Assembly (NCBI RefSeq): GCF_001194135.2
Contig: NC_069001.1
Coordinates: forward strand, 3,638,735-3,702,734
DNA length: 64,000 nucleotides
Direction of reading: 5' to 3'
From: Octopus bimaculoides
Taxonomy: Eukaryota
Shown: piece by piece, positions 1 through 19,300 of the stretch
Layout: every line of letters starts with the position of its first letter
How positions within the stretch are numbered: the stretch's first letter is position 1
Translations under genes and position numbers: made by a program
The notes under the pieces: model-generated
Told to the model about the DNA's origin: nothing
Database searches by the model: none
Seen by the model: only the letters and a program-made list of their open reading frames with translations

Positions 1-666
1 AATAATCATAATAATAATAATAATCATAATAATAATCATAATAATAATAATAATAATAATATCAATACATTGTATGATGAAAAAACTTTGAAAAAAAAAA
101 TATATACTGATTGTTTAATAGTAAGTAGCAAACAGAAAACTAATTATTCTATCTTCTGATCAATAAGAGTGGTGTAGATGTTATAATTCTATGCATACTC
201 TCAAGAAATATCAATTGGTGTACGTTTAAGAACCGTTCTTCACATTGATTAAATAAGAGTATACACTATTGCAAGTGTATATATGTGTCGGTGGTGACTG
301 AGCATTTGTGTGTATGTGCCTGTGTGTGATTCTGCGAGGTGGGGGTTGATGTAAGTGGATGCCGGATGCATGTGTGCGTGCGTGTGTGTTTGTGTGTGTG
401 TGTGTGTCCACGCGCCGGGATAAAGGAAGATGCAGTGTAATACAACTGGATAAATGGAGCAGGGGTGGGAGGGAGGCAAGGAGAAAATGGGAGGGAACAA
501 CAGGTTTCATTTTGGCCTGGTGCTGGTGTGGATGCACTCTGTCTGCATGCATTACTTCTGACATTGTTTTGCATCAGCTGCACATTAACAGTGCTTGCAG
601 TAAGTAAATAAATAAAATAAAATAAATCAGTCAAAAAAAAAAAACTCCCAGAATGTAAAAATCATA

Positions 667-713
<47 letters not shown>

Positions 714-769
714 TGTTGATATGAGACCTCTCTTCTAATTGCATCCTTTTAGCATATTAGTTAGCCTTC

Positions 770-1190
770 ATCAGGATTATCATCATCACCACCACCACCA
801 CCGTCCTCACTACCATCATTTGTACCACCAACACCACTATCATCATCATCATCATCATCATCACCATCACCATCACCACCACTATCACCACCACCACCAC
901 CAATCACCATCACCCATCACCATCACCATCATCATCACTATCATCATTACCACCATTCATCCTCATCATCTTCATCATCCTCATCGTCTTCATCATTTTC
1001 ATTTTTATTATTGCTGTCATTGTCATCATCACACATTATCAACATTATCATTATCATCATAACTATGCCACCATCATCATCATCATCATCATCATCATCA
1101 TTGCCATCAGCAGCAGTAGCAGCAGCAGCAGCACCACCACCACCACCACCATAATCATGATAGTATTCAACTCCATCATCATCATCATCA
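770..1190. repeat. (CAT/CAC/CAG)n compound trinucleotide microsatellite
   Basis: Directly visible runs of catcat/caccac/cagcag. Confidence 0.95.
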
Positions 1191-4100
1191 TTGATTCAAT
1201 GTACATATTTTAATTTTTTTTCTCTTTTTACCTTTACTAGCATGGGTTTACAGTTCTGCAAATAAAGTTCTCCTTGTATTTTAACCTCGTATCAATTTCA
1301 TCTGCTCCTGTAAAATCAAACTTTTTCAGAGCTGAAAAATAAACCTCTTTGATTCAAATCTTTTTTTTGTCTACCCCCTACCCACCAATTCCCACCCACA
1401 TCATGTACCCCCTACCCACTACAAGTAATCTCTGTCATCACTTCATGTCCATTCTTCCTTTAATTACAATCAACTGTTCTATTTCGTTTTCCTAAACTGT
1501 ACAGAAATCTACCAAAGTCTTCAACATTGACTTGTTTTTGCAACTCATTTGCATAATTTTTATTCCAGGCATGGCTGTGTGTCTAAAGAACTTGCTTTGC
1601 AACCACATGGTTTTAAGTTCAGTCCCACTGCACTGTACCTTGGGTCAGAGTCTTCTGCTGGAGACCCAGGCTGACCAATGCCTTAAATCGATTGGTTGGT
1701 CGTCAACTCATAGCAATCTTTGCCTCAGTAATCATAATTGTGTAGAATCATTAACAGTACTTTAAAGCAATTAAGCCCCGAGCAATGCCGGGCACTTCTG
1801 CTAGTAATATTATATTTGTGTGTGTGTACATATATGGATGTACACACACACACACTTAAATATATACATGTATGTATTTATATATATATTTATATATACA
1901 TATACAATGGGATTCTTTCAGTTTCTATCAACCAAATCCACTCACAAGGCTTTAGTTGGCCTGAGGCTATGGTAGAAGACACTTGCCCAAAGTACCAGGC
2001 ACTGGGACTGAACCCAGAACCATGTGTTTGGGAAGCAAGCTTCTCACCACACTGCCATGCCTGTGCCTGTTGTTGATATTAATACAAAAAAAGTTGATAG
2101 TAATAAAAAAAAATAGTAAAAAAAAAAAGAAAAAAATACATGAGCCCTCAGTTTTATTTGAAACCTGCATTCCCACTTTTCCAGCTCTTTTGTTTCCTGT
2201 AAACATTCACTGAACTAAAACTCAAAAAGAAAAGAAACACTTGTTTAAGATGATGATTATGAAAAGAGATAGCATGCATGGCAGATAGCAGAGATGAAGC
2301 CAAAGTTGTTGAATGCTTTTCAAATAAATGCCTACTTAGTTATCAGCCATCCATTACTAAGTTAATGAGGCAAATTATTTATTCCTTATATTATCTGATA
2401 CTTTTAGGAAATTCTTGTTTGCATATCCATTTCATCTGCCAGCATCAATGTAAGAGAGTGGTCTGTGACATCAATCAAAGATGGAATGAATTCATCCTTT
2501 GTCTATCGTTACAATGTTTCTGGTAAATTAATGACTTGTTGTTGGAACTGTAGATTATTGTAGAATTCTGTGAGACTTTCAGCCAGCAACAAAGTGTGTC
2601 AATAGAGAGCTGACCTCTCACATCAAAGGTCAATGAGTCATAAAGCAGTGCATAGTCAACATGGCACTAAATTGTACCATTTATCACCATCAAACTGCAA
2701 AACCATGTCACTGCTTAAACAAAAGAATAGTTGTTATTGTTGTTGAATAGCAAATTGGTCTTAATTGAGAAGACCTATAACCAAAAGCTTTCCATCCATG
2801 GCAATCCTGCCTTTTGGTCAGGCATTATGTATCTATCTAATACTACATTATCTAATATAGTGTTTTTAAAATTGTGAAGGGTGATTTGATGGAAATGAAA
2901 TTTAATTGTTATTTTTAGCAGGTTAAGCATCATCTTAGAGGCTCCCTCATTGGCTCATATCAAATCTACTTGGAGTTTTGCATCTCTTTTTTAATCTCTT
3001 TTTGCATGTTGTCTCCATAACATATCCAGATATGAACACACATGAGAATAAACAAAAAAAAAAGAACATGAATAACAGAATAAGATTAGACATGGGACAT
3101 AGCTACCTCTCTTTTAGGATTTGCATTTGGAGTTTTGTAGTATAAAGGATGAAAAAGGTCTCTAATCTTGTGACTCCAAAAAGAAACTTCTCAACCATCA
3201 GCTGGAATTGAAACTCTACCCAACCTGCTGGCCAGTAGATAGAATTCCCAAGGATGCCCTTTCACACATTTCTGTTTCTCAGTCACTGCCCTAGCAAAAA
3301 GAGGAGATTCAAATCACCTGCTTTGTTACCTGTAATGAATATACCTTGATACATGGATGCTGAAATCTCAAGGGAAATAGGTATACAGTTTAACGAATGA
3401 CTGGAATCTCATACAGTTCATCAGTGTTTATTGTAAGAAATAGATGTCTCTCAGTGATACTGAAAATCTGTATATGGAAATTATAAGACAATGTACCACA
3501 AGGTATTGTACTGGCTCCAACATCTACACAAATGGACAACTGAAAGACGATAGTGCCAAGTGTTTTATTTACACCAATGATTTATGTATAGCATGCCAAA
3601 GGGAAAATTTCAATGAAATCAAGACAAGCCTGAACATCACACTTTACACAATTTAAGCTTTTTTCAATAAAGGTAATTATTTAATTGCAAAATACTAGTA
3701 CCTTCATTCCATTGAAGAAATAAGCCTTTGCTGAGGGGGTTTGATAAGACTGAAAAATGTATAGAGTTGTCACTAAGCACAAGAATGCTCTTACTCTTCA
3801 CCGAGTACTGCTGTTCAGTAATTTTTCAAGTTAGATTTCGAAGTTATCTCCCTTGCCACACTAAATAAGAATTATCATTAACACTAATGATTGGTATGTG
3901 GAGGCAAGGATTTCAGCTGAAATTTTAACGGTTTGAAATTGTTTAGGGAGAGAGTGTGACGACTACATTAAATAGGTTGGATTCCATTTGACTATATGTT
4001 TTTTCATGCAGAAGGTCTACCTGGAAAATATTTCTCTCTTATTGTAAATCATTAAGTCTAATGTTTTACTGTTCCATCCAATTTCCCGCAATTCACTGCC

Positions 4101-4619
4101 CTAATTTCTTGTATAACATTTACTGAGTTACATCTTAATGAAAAAAAAGAATTAGGTTAAATATTATTTCCCTTCTAGTTATCCATAGATAAAATGAAAA
4201 AACGACCAATTGTCATGTTGTTAAGTTATTGATTAATTTATAGATATTGATACGGCAGTGTGGGAGGTGGATAACAGAAAGTACAGCGAGGAAGGAGGCG
4301 GGGAACATATGAGGAGGAAAGGAAAGAAGAAAGACGAAGCTGAGGAGAAAAAAAGAAAGAAAGGGGAAAATAGAAGCTTCTGTCCCACACAGACAGCAGA
4401 CGAGATGTTAGACAAGCCGCAGCGAATATAAGGCCGATTAATTCATCACGAAATCATTGCTCAGATTTTATATCAATAATTTCATAAGTAATAGAAATAG
4501 TATCTTTTAAAATATTTTTTAATTTCAATAAATTCCTTTTTGTTTTACAAGGAAGATTTCAAGATTTGTTTGTTTGTTCTTTTTGATTTTCAAATATTTT
4601 TGTCGTAATGATTTTTATG

Positions 4620-4770
4620 TTCGTCATTCCGGTTCTGCGGAGATCGATAAACCGGAAGTTACGAAACTCACGTTGCCAATGTGCTTCAAGAAACATACAA
4701 TCACCGCATTGTTGTCATCTTGAACATACATTATTACGAAGCAGCTGTGTGTTTGGACGATATAGGTAAT
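4620..4770 (+). promoter_or_regulatory. Probable DHPS promoter and non-coding first exon
   Basis: Locally CpG-rich, with opposed ETS/GABP-type motifs TTCCGG (4627-4632) and ACCGGAAGT (4651-4659). Candidate donor AG|GTAATG at 4765/4766 could splice to the acceptor at 7151. Confidence 0.5.
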
Positions 4771-4904
4771 GTGCAATCTAATGTATATATGCATAACCTT
4801 AAATATGCGTAAAATATATTGTTCGAACTTTCTTGTGTATATATTTATGACAGTGCCATTTTCATGACCTGTATAATAATAATAATGCTTTCTACATCGA
4901 TACA

Positions 4905-5090
4905 AGGCCTGAAATTTTTAGGGAGGGACCAGTTGGTTACATCGACCTCAGTGCTTAACCGGTATTTATTTTATCGATACCGAAAGAATGAAAGGCAAAG
5001 TTGAACGCAGTATTTCAACTCAGAACGTAATGACAGGTGAAATTCCGCTAAATACAGCGTGCTCACCATTCTACCGGCTAGCTGCCTATA
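4905..5090 (-). mobile_element. Second tRNA-derived SINE family copy
   Basis: The minus strand reads gagc..tttagcggaatttcacctgtcattacgttctgagttgaaat...tttgcctttcattctttcggtatcgataaaataaataccgg; related copies near 8497, 35060, 36760 and 37040. Confidence 0.6.
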
Positions 5091-5194
5091 ATGTATTACA
5101 TAAAGTAAATAAAATTTGTCGTTAGCATGTATGGTGCTGACTAATGTATATATAATCGTTTATGGTATATTGGGACTGCATAGGTAATGTGTTA

Positions 5195-5229
<35 letters not shown>

Positions 5230-5754
5230 ACCTTGAATATACATTAAATACCCATTGAGTTGGGACTTTATAGCCAATTAAATATATACAACCTCAACAG
5301 TGTATTAGCACTACACAGATATTGCCAAGTCTAATTATTATATCGTTTATATCGCCTTATATGTGATAAATTTATTGTAGGGACTATAGACGTAATATGT
5401 AATCTTATATATATATTGTGTGTTTGTGTCTATGTTTGTCCACCACCACCGCTTGACAACAGGTATTGCGTTTACGTTCCCGTAATCTAGCGGTTCGGTA
5501 AAAGTGACTGATAGAATAAGTACCAGGCTTGAAAAAAAATAATAAGTACTGGGGTCGGTTCATTCGACTAAAATTTCTTCAGGTTGGTGCCCTAGCATGG
5601 CCGCAGTCTTGTGCCTTTCATCTTTTCTGGGTTGATTAAAGTCAGTACCAGTTCAATGCTAGTGTCAATGTAATCAACTTCTTTCCCCAAAATTATTATA
5701 TTCATGTTTTGAGTTCTATTTTCCTGTTTACATCCCCAAATTTTGTGTGTGTGT

Positions 5755-6401
5755 NNNNNNNNNNNNNNNNNNNNNNNNNNNNNNNNNNNNNNNNNNNNNN
5801 NNNNNNNNNNNNNNNNNNNNNNNNNNNNNNNNNNNNNNNNNNNNNNNNNNNNNNNNNNNNNNNNNNNNNNNNNNNNNNNNNNNNNNNNNNNNNNNNNNNN
5901 NNNNNNNNNNNNNNNNNNNNNNNNNNNNNNNNNNNNNNNNNNNNNNNNNNNNNNNNNNNNNNNNNNNNNNNNNNNNNNNNNNNNNNNNNNNNNNNNNNNN
6001 NNNNNNNNNNNNNNNNNNNNNNNNNNNNNNNNNNNNNNNNNNNNNNNNNNNNNNNNNNNNNNNNNNNNNNNNNNNNNNNNNNNNNNNNNNNNNNNNNNNN
6101 NNNNNNNNNNNNNNNNNNNNNNNNNNNNNNNNNNNNNNNNNNNNNNNNNNNNNNNNNNNNNNNNNNNNNNNNNNNNNNNNNNNNNNNNNNNNNNNNNNNN
6201 NNNNNNNNNNNNNNNNNNNNNNNNNNNNNNNNNNNNNNNNNNNNNNNNNNNNNNNNNNNNNNNNNNNNNNNNNNNNNNNNNNNNNNNNNNNNNNNNNNNN
6301 NNNNNNNNNNNNNNNNNNNNNNNNNNNNNNNNNNNNNNNNNNNNNNNNNNNNNNNNNNNNNNNNNNNNNNNNNNNNNNNNNNNNNNNNNNNNNNNNNNNN
6401 N
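5755..6401. other. Assembly gap (others at 33476-33485, 38549-39341, 42721-42730, 46613-46819, 50879-51708, 56252-56261)
   Basis: Runs of N. Confidence 1.
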
Positions 6402-6437
<36 letters not shown>

Positions 6438-6498
6438 TGTTTGTAGAAACCATAAATCTGGAGAAGAAGCACACTCTAAGATGTAGAGCAGTGTCTAT

Positions 6499-6681
6499 TT
6501 TAAAAATGGGAAAGGCCGGGCTATGGGATTACCCTGGGCTTCCCGTCCATAAAGGGTTTAGCTTTAAGGTGTATCATCAAACCCCAACAGGTTTTGGGGT
6601 CTGAAAATATGCCATAAAGCTAAACCCTTTATGGATGGGAAACCCAGGGTAATCCCATAAACCAGCCTTCCCCATTTTAAA
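6499..6681. mobile_element. Foldback MITE (about 180 bp near-palindrome)
   Basis: 6522-6566 is the reverse complement of 6615-6659 at 43/45 positions. Outer arms (6503-6521 / 6660-6678) and inner stems (GGTGTAT/ATATGCC, ACCCCAA/TTGGGGT) extend the fold; termini are T/A-rich. Confidence 0.75.
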
Positions 6682-6713
6682 TATATATATAGAGAGAGAG
6701 AGAGAGAGAGGCA

Positions 6714-6848
6714 ATCCTTCGGTATTGGTAGACAACATCATTCATCCACACGACCTTCCCTCACGACATGGATAAGAGAGATTAGGCTGAAAAAGCGGGT
6801 GAATGACATCTCCTTATACTGACACTCTGTATACCAATACCGAAGGAT
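6714..6848. mobile_element. Small element with 17-bp perfect terminal inverted repeats
   Basis: ATCCTTCGGTATTGGTA (6714-6730) and TACCAATACCGAAGGAT (6832-6848) are exact reverse complements. Confidence 0.6.
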
Positions 6849-6859
6849 CTCACCAATCT

Positions 6860-7010
6860 CTAATTGTGGAGGGAACTTGTGAAAGAGGTAGACCCAGAAA
6901 GAAGTGGGACGTAGTGGTGAGAAATGACCTTCAGATGTTGAGCCTCACTGAGGAGGTGAGAAGGGGGTGAAATTTCTGGCGATTTGCTGTGCTTGAGAAG
7001 GCCTATAACT
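6860..7010 (+). mobile_element. RTE-type LINE 3' fragment
   Basis: Translates to VEGTCERGRPRKKWDVVVRNDLQMLSLTEE, the typical RTE ORF C-terminus. Confidence 0.7.
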
Positions 7011-7159
7011 AAAGGTATTATAACTGTGGTGACCCCTCTTTTATTCAGACATGCAATGTATTTTTGACAATTTCTAGCAGTTTAAACACGAACCACATAA
7101 AGATTCTCTCATCTCTTCTAATAGTGTTATTTGTTTTGTTGTTTTCTCCAGCCTGAAAA

Positions 7160-14668
<7,509 letters not shown>

Positions 14669-15121
14669 AATGTTTTGATATTTACTTTTAGTGGGAGTGA
14701 ATCCATTTTGTTAAAACAGACCTTTGAAAATGTAAAGGTTTGTTTAGCCCCAGGCCACCTCTAACAAGTTGCGCCAGCCACAGTAACCAACCTCCGTATG
14801 AGTGTGTGTGTGCATGCATGCAAGATTTCATTATCCAATTTGTAGAGTCATTTTTTGAAGACTCTTCCTAGGTCAAAGCTAGTTGAGAGTACTTTTTGTT
14901 GGTTGGGATTTCTCAAGTAAACAATATTCTATTCCATAAAAGAGATGTAGATGCATTAAAAATATTTTAACAGTCAAATCACAAGACATGAAAATTGAGA
15001 GAGCCTCTTCAGACACACACGAAAAAAAAGAATGTAGGATGTATCATGTAGTGTCTTGTCTGAAATCAAAGACTTGGAAGTTTGTGACAAGTTTTATTTA
15101 CTATATTAATTAGCACTTTTG

Positions 15122-15152
<31 letters not shown>

Positions 15153-16030
15153 TTTTCTTTTTTAAATGGTAAGCCGTCATACATTGCTGAAAGCTGATAG
15201 GAGTCAAGTTGGCCCAGTATTTACATAGGGGTTTCCTCATCACAAAAAGAAATCAAACTGATTACTAAATACTTCAGCCTCATCATCGACATACTGGACA
15301 TTGTTACCGTGTCTAATAACCATAATCTTATGTACAGTTGAAGACTGAAGAGAGGCACAATTTTTTTTTTTTTTGGTAAAGCAAACATGTAAAATTTCAA
15401 TGCAACGAAAGGAATTATTATTATTAATAGCAGGGTGTGAATATCATCTAGCAAGAAATGGGGACCAAAGACTGGTTGGTTTGTTTGGGCCATATTGGGT
15501 GGGTGGGGGTGCCATTTTAACTTTATACCAAAACTTGTATAAGTGACCGAAATAATTTCATTCTGTACAAAGAAATACGTTTGGATATCTGTATAAAACA
15601 ATTGAAAGTGAGTGGCACTGGAAAAACAATTTTTCAAATCAGTGGAAAGGGAGTTTTAAGTTGTCCTTAAGTTTAAGAATTAGAAAGGGAGAGCGGACAG
15701 GACTGCAACTTTTCTCATTTTTCTTCAGGAAGACATCAATTAAATATTAAAGATTTTAAGATATTATATACTGCTTCTGACATTACTTATGAGAAACAGG
15801 GTGTGAGGGAGATTGAATAATAATAATGATACAGAATCATGATCTAAAAACCATCAACTACATTTATGTCTAAAATTCATTTCAAATAAATGCTCAGGTA
15901 GTTGTTATTGTTCAGTGCAGAGGGGGTGGAGGGGTATGTGAAATCTGTATTTACACACACATGCACCCAGCAGAATTCACTCGACTATTTTGCTATACAG
16001 TAAAACACAAAGTGGGCCACCAACATAACA

Positions 16031-16036
16031 TTTATT
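16031..16036 (-). promoter_or_regulatory. Candidate BAG6 polyadenylation signal AATAAA
   Basis: tttatt on the + strand about 305 nt past the BAG6 stop. Confidence 0.45.
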
Positions 16037-16340
16037 ACAATCACATTGGAAATATTCACTGAAATTCATTTTCTGCCTTTTGTAAAGCAACCACTACTAA
16101 AGAGAGTGGTTGGTGGTGGCCTGTATCAAATGTTCAAGGGATCTAATTGATGCACACATTGGATTCAAAAGATTCAGGAAGTTGAGAAATATATATAAAA
16201 AAAAATTTTTAGGAATAAAATCAATCAATACTAAAATTAAATAATGTAAGTCTGTTTTAGAGCCAAGCAGCTTATTGGTATAATGATGAGAAACTTTTTT
16301 TTTTTTTTTACACTTCACCTGGTACAAATTTCTAAATTAG

Positions 16341-19300
16341 TCATTTGCTTTTCCGTTGTTTTTTGAAATATTCTTCTATGTTAGGGAACATTTCTGGATT
16401 GTAGTCAGAGTCCAAGTGTATCCGCTGCAACACATTATTACACATCTGGTCCTCAAAAGCTGAATGTAATATGCTGTCACGAGCTGCCTCATTTGATAAA
16501 TTTTCCAAACTGCTTAGTGGTTCAACTCCAGCTGAGGCTACAGCTTTCTTCAGTGAATCCGGTACAAATTCTGACACCTCACTTAAGTTGGTTGCTTTAC
16601 CAGGATTCATCTGAAACAAACATTATATATGCTAGACATGGTCAAACTGAATTGAGGAGGACATTTAAGAACAGGTGAGGGTTTCAACTTAACCCTTTAG
16701 CACTCAAACCAAACATAAATATTCTTACCAGTTTTATGTTCAAACCAGCCAGATGCAACCTCTCACACCTACCCTACAATGTCATTCTAAAAATAAGCAA
16801 TCACATCAATGAAATCTTGAAGCTACAAGAGGATTAATTCAAAACAATTGGAATAAATAAACTTTACATTTGACAGAATAATCTGAATGCTTTATATTTA
16901 TGTATATATATATGTGTGTATATATATATATATGTGTATATGTATATATATGTTTATATGTTTATATATATGTATATATATACATATATACATATATATA
17001 AAATATATATATGTTTATATATATATATCTATATATATATATATCTATATATATATATGTTTATATATATATATCTATATATATATGTTTATATATATAT
17101 ATCTATATATATATGTTTATATATATATATATATATGTTTATTTATATATATATATATATATGTTTATATGTATATATATATGTATTCCCCTACAAAAGG
17201 GGAAGAAAAGGTTTTAGTTCATTAAAGCATGTAATATAGGATGTGGGGTGATTTTTATGAGACATCGGGATGAGGGGATATCTTATATGCCATCAAATAT
17301 GGTAATTAAATAATATTTTACATACCTTTCTGCGCTTAGCTGGCATTCCACTTAAATATGCATCGCTGAATGGTGTCTGAGGATTCTGGCGTCTTTGATG
17401 TTGGATGTCTTGCCTGATTATAGGAACCCATTCCTGAAAAAGAACAAAGGAAGAAGATTCATTTTTAAAAACCAAAAATTGACGTTAAAAATTTCTAAAT
17501 ATTTAGCTTATATAAAAAATAAAAATTCATTTCTATACATTGCTGTTTAAGAATAGATCTACTTCCTACATACATGTTCTGAATGATTAGGTCTAATGTG
17601 GTATTTTAATCCCTGTAGGTTAATGTGGCCTTGTAGACAGAGTCAGAAATTAATGGAGAGGAAATCATGGTCCTTCTAATAAGATTGGGGTGGGGGGGAG
17701 CATACACAATTTCAGTGAGAAACCCAGTGAGATATTGGTTTAAAGAACAATAAATGTAATGTGGGGTTTTCTATGTTACTAATGTGTAAAAGTAATGCAG
17801 CAGGGACCACATGGATTGCAGATGACAGACACTAAATTCATCCATTCTAAAGACAAGGAATTTCTCAAAAAACAAGTCTTTTTTTTTTTTTGTAAGTGTC
17901 ATGAAAACCATTTTGTCTACAGGAAGCATGGCCAGACTAAGCAAACCACATAAGACATGCTTCAGCATCAGGCAGGGCACACTGTTCGGAAAGTGCTGTG
18001 GGCCAGTCTGCCCATGACTGATCTGCAGTTTCTCATAAGATATGCAGGAATGGTGCAACATTACACACCGAAATGCATTTCTTTTTCTCCTAACAGTTGC
18101 ATGGTTCTGAAAACATGAATATTTGCTAATCATCAAAGGAATACAGCAGGTTTTTTTTTTGTTTTGTTTTGTTTACTATGTATCAATCATTCAACTGTGA
18201 ATGTTCCTACAGAATACATGTGAACAGATTATGAAATTGCAATAATTGAGGATTGGAGACAAAACGTTGAAAATTTAGAAGGGGGAGAAAAAATAGCACT
18301 TACAGCTGGAACCACACTGCACCAGTCGTCTCCATTACTTGTAGTGGTAGGAGCAGCAGCATTAGTCTGTTCCACAGCAAGAGTAAGGGGCACAGTTGCA
18401 GCTGTAGTAGTAGTAGCAGATGTCTCCTCACTGTTCACACCATTAACCAACTTAGGTTTGCTTTCTTTATTTTTAGTAGTAGTGTCAGGTTTACTATTAT
18501 TATTAGTCACCTGCAAAGAACAAAGCAATTGACAGAATCCTCTCAGGTCGGCATCATTAAAATATTGACAAAAATGCACCAATTCTTGACAGCAAGACTG
18601 AACAAAGTGCTAAATATATATATGCAGGCTACTGTAAGTATGAGTTGACTAATGCTTAGGGAGTGGAATTTGGCAGATAGAAACTGTGTGGAAGATTGCA
18701 CATGTATTGCATTCATTTAAGTCTTGCAATTTAGTTCAATAAAATAAGAAATGTGGGAAATACGATAAACAGAAACGCTTGGAGGCAGTTCTAGCATGGC
18801 CACAGTTCAATGATTCAAATTAGTAATATATACACATTTATTCATCATGATGCTAATGATGATGATATATGCATCATGATCCAAGTCAGTTGTTATAGAC
18901 AGGTAGGATAGAATGTATAATGGTCATCTATACCCTCTAACCAGGATTGCATCTGAAGGTTTCAGTCAGCCAGTCTTGAATAGCTAACTATACCACATGT
19001 ACACACATTAGACTAAACATTTCTAACATAAGGATGTATTGAACATTTTTAGGTTTCTGTAACAGAAAACAAAATAATATATTAATAAAGAGATGACAAG
19101 ATAAAACTAATGCAGTTTACCGTTAAGGTCATCATCATAGTTTAACTCTAAAACATTTAATCCAGCCCAAATATTCCACTTGTTTTATATTCGAACTGAC
19201 CAGATCCACCCTACCACACCTATCTGGCAATGTCATTCTAAAACTTTATAAAGATACCATTGAAATCTTAAAGCTGCAAGATAATGCATGATTAATTTTA

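Noticed and set aside
739-1062. Poly-His ORF
   Set aside because: Starts at TTG, lies wholly within a (CAT/CAC)n microsatellite, and has no splice context.
500-3656. + strand exon-like pieces (donor at 600, 2408-2522, ORF 3444-3656 followed by AATAAA)
   Set aside because: Could not be joined in a consistent frame, acceptors are weak, and no protein family is recognisable.
5702-6604. Long ORFs here and at 38253-39450, 46331-47006 and 50818-51762
   Set aside because: Artefacts of translating through N gaps.
16887-17239. YI/IY-repeat ORFs
   Set aside because: Translations of a (TA)n microsatellite in a BAG6 intron.
17771-18136. 121-aa minus-strand ORF in BAG6 intron 20
   Set aside because: No credible splice sites or recognisable domain; BAG6 exons 20 and 21 join in phase without it.
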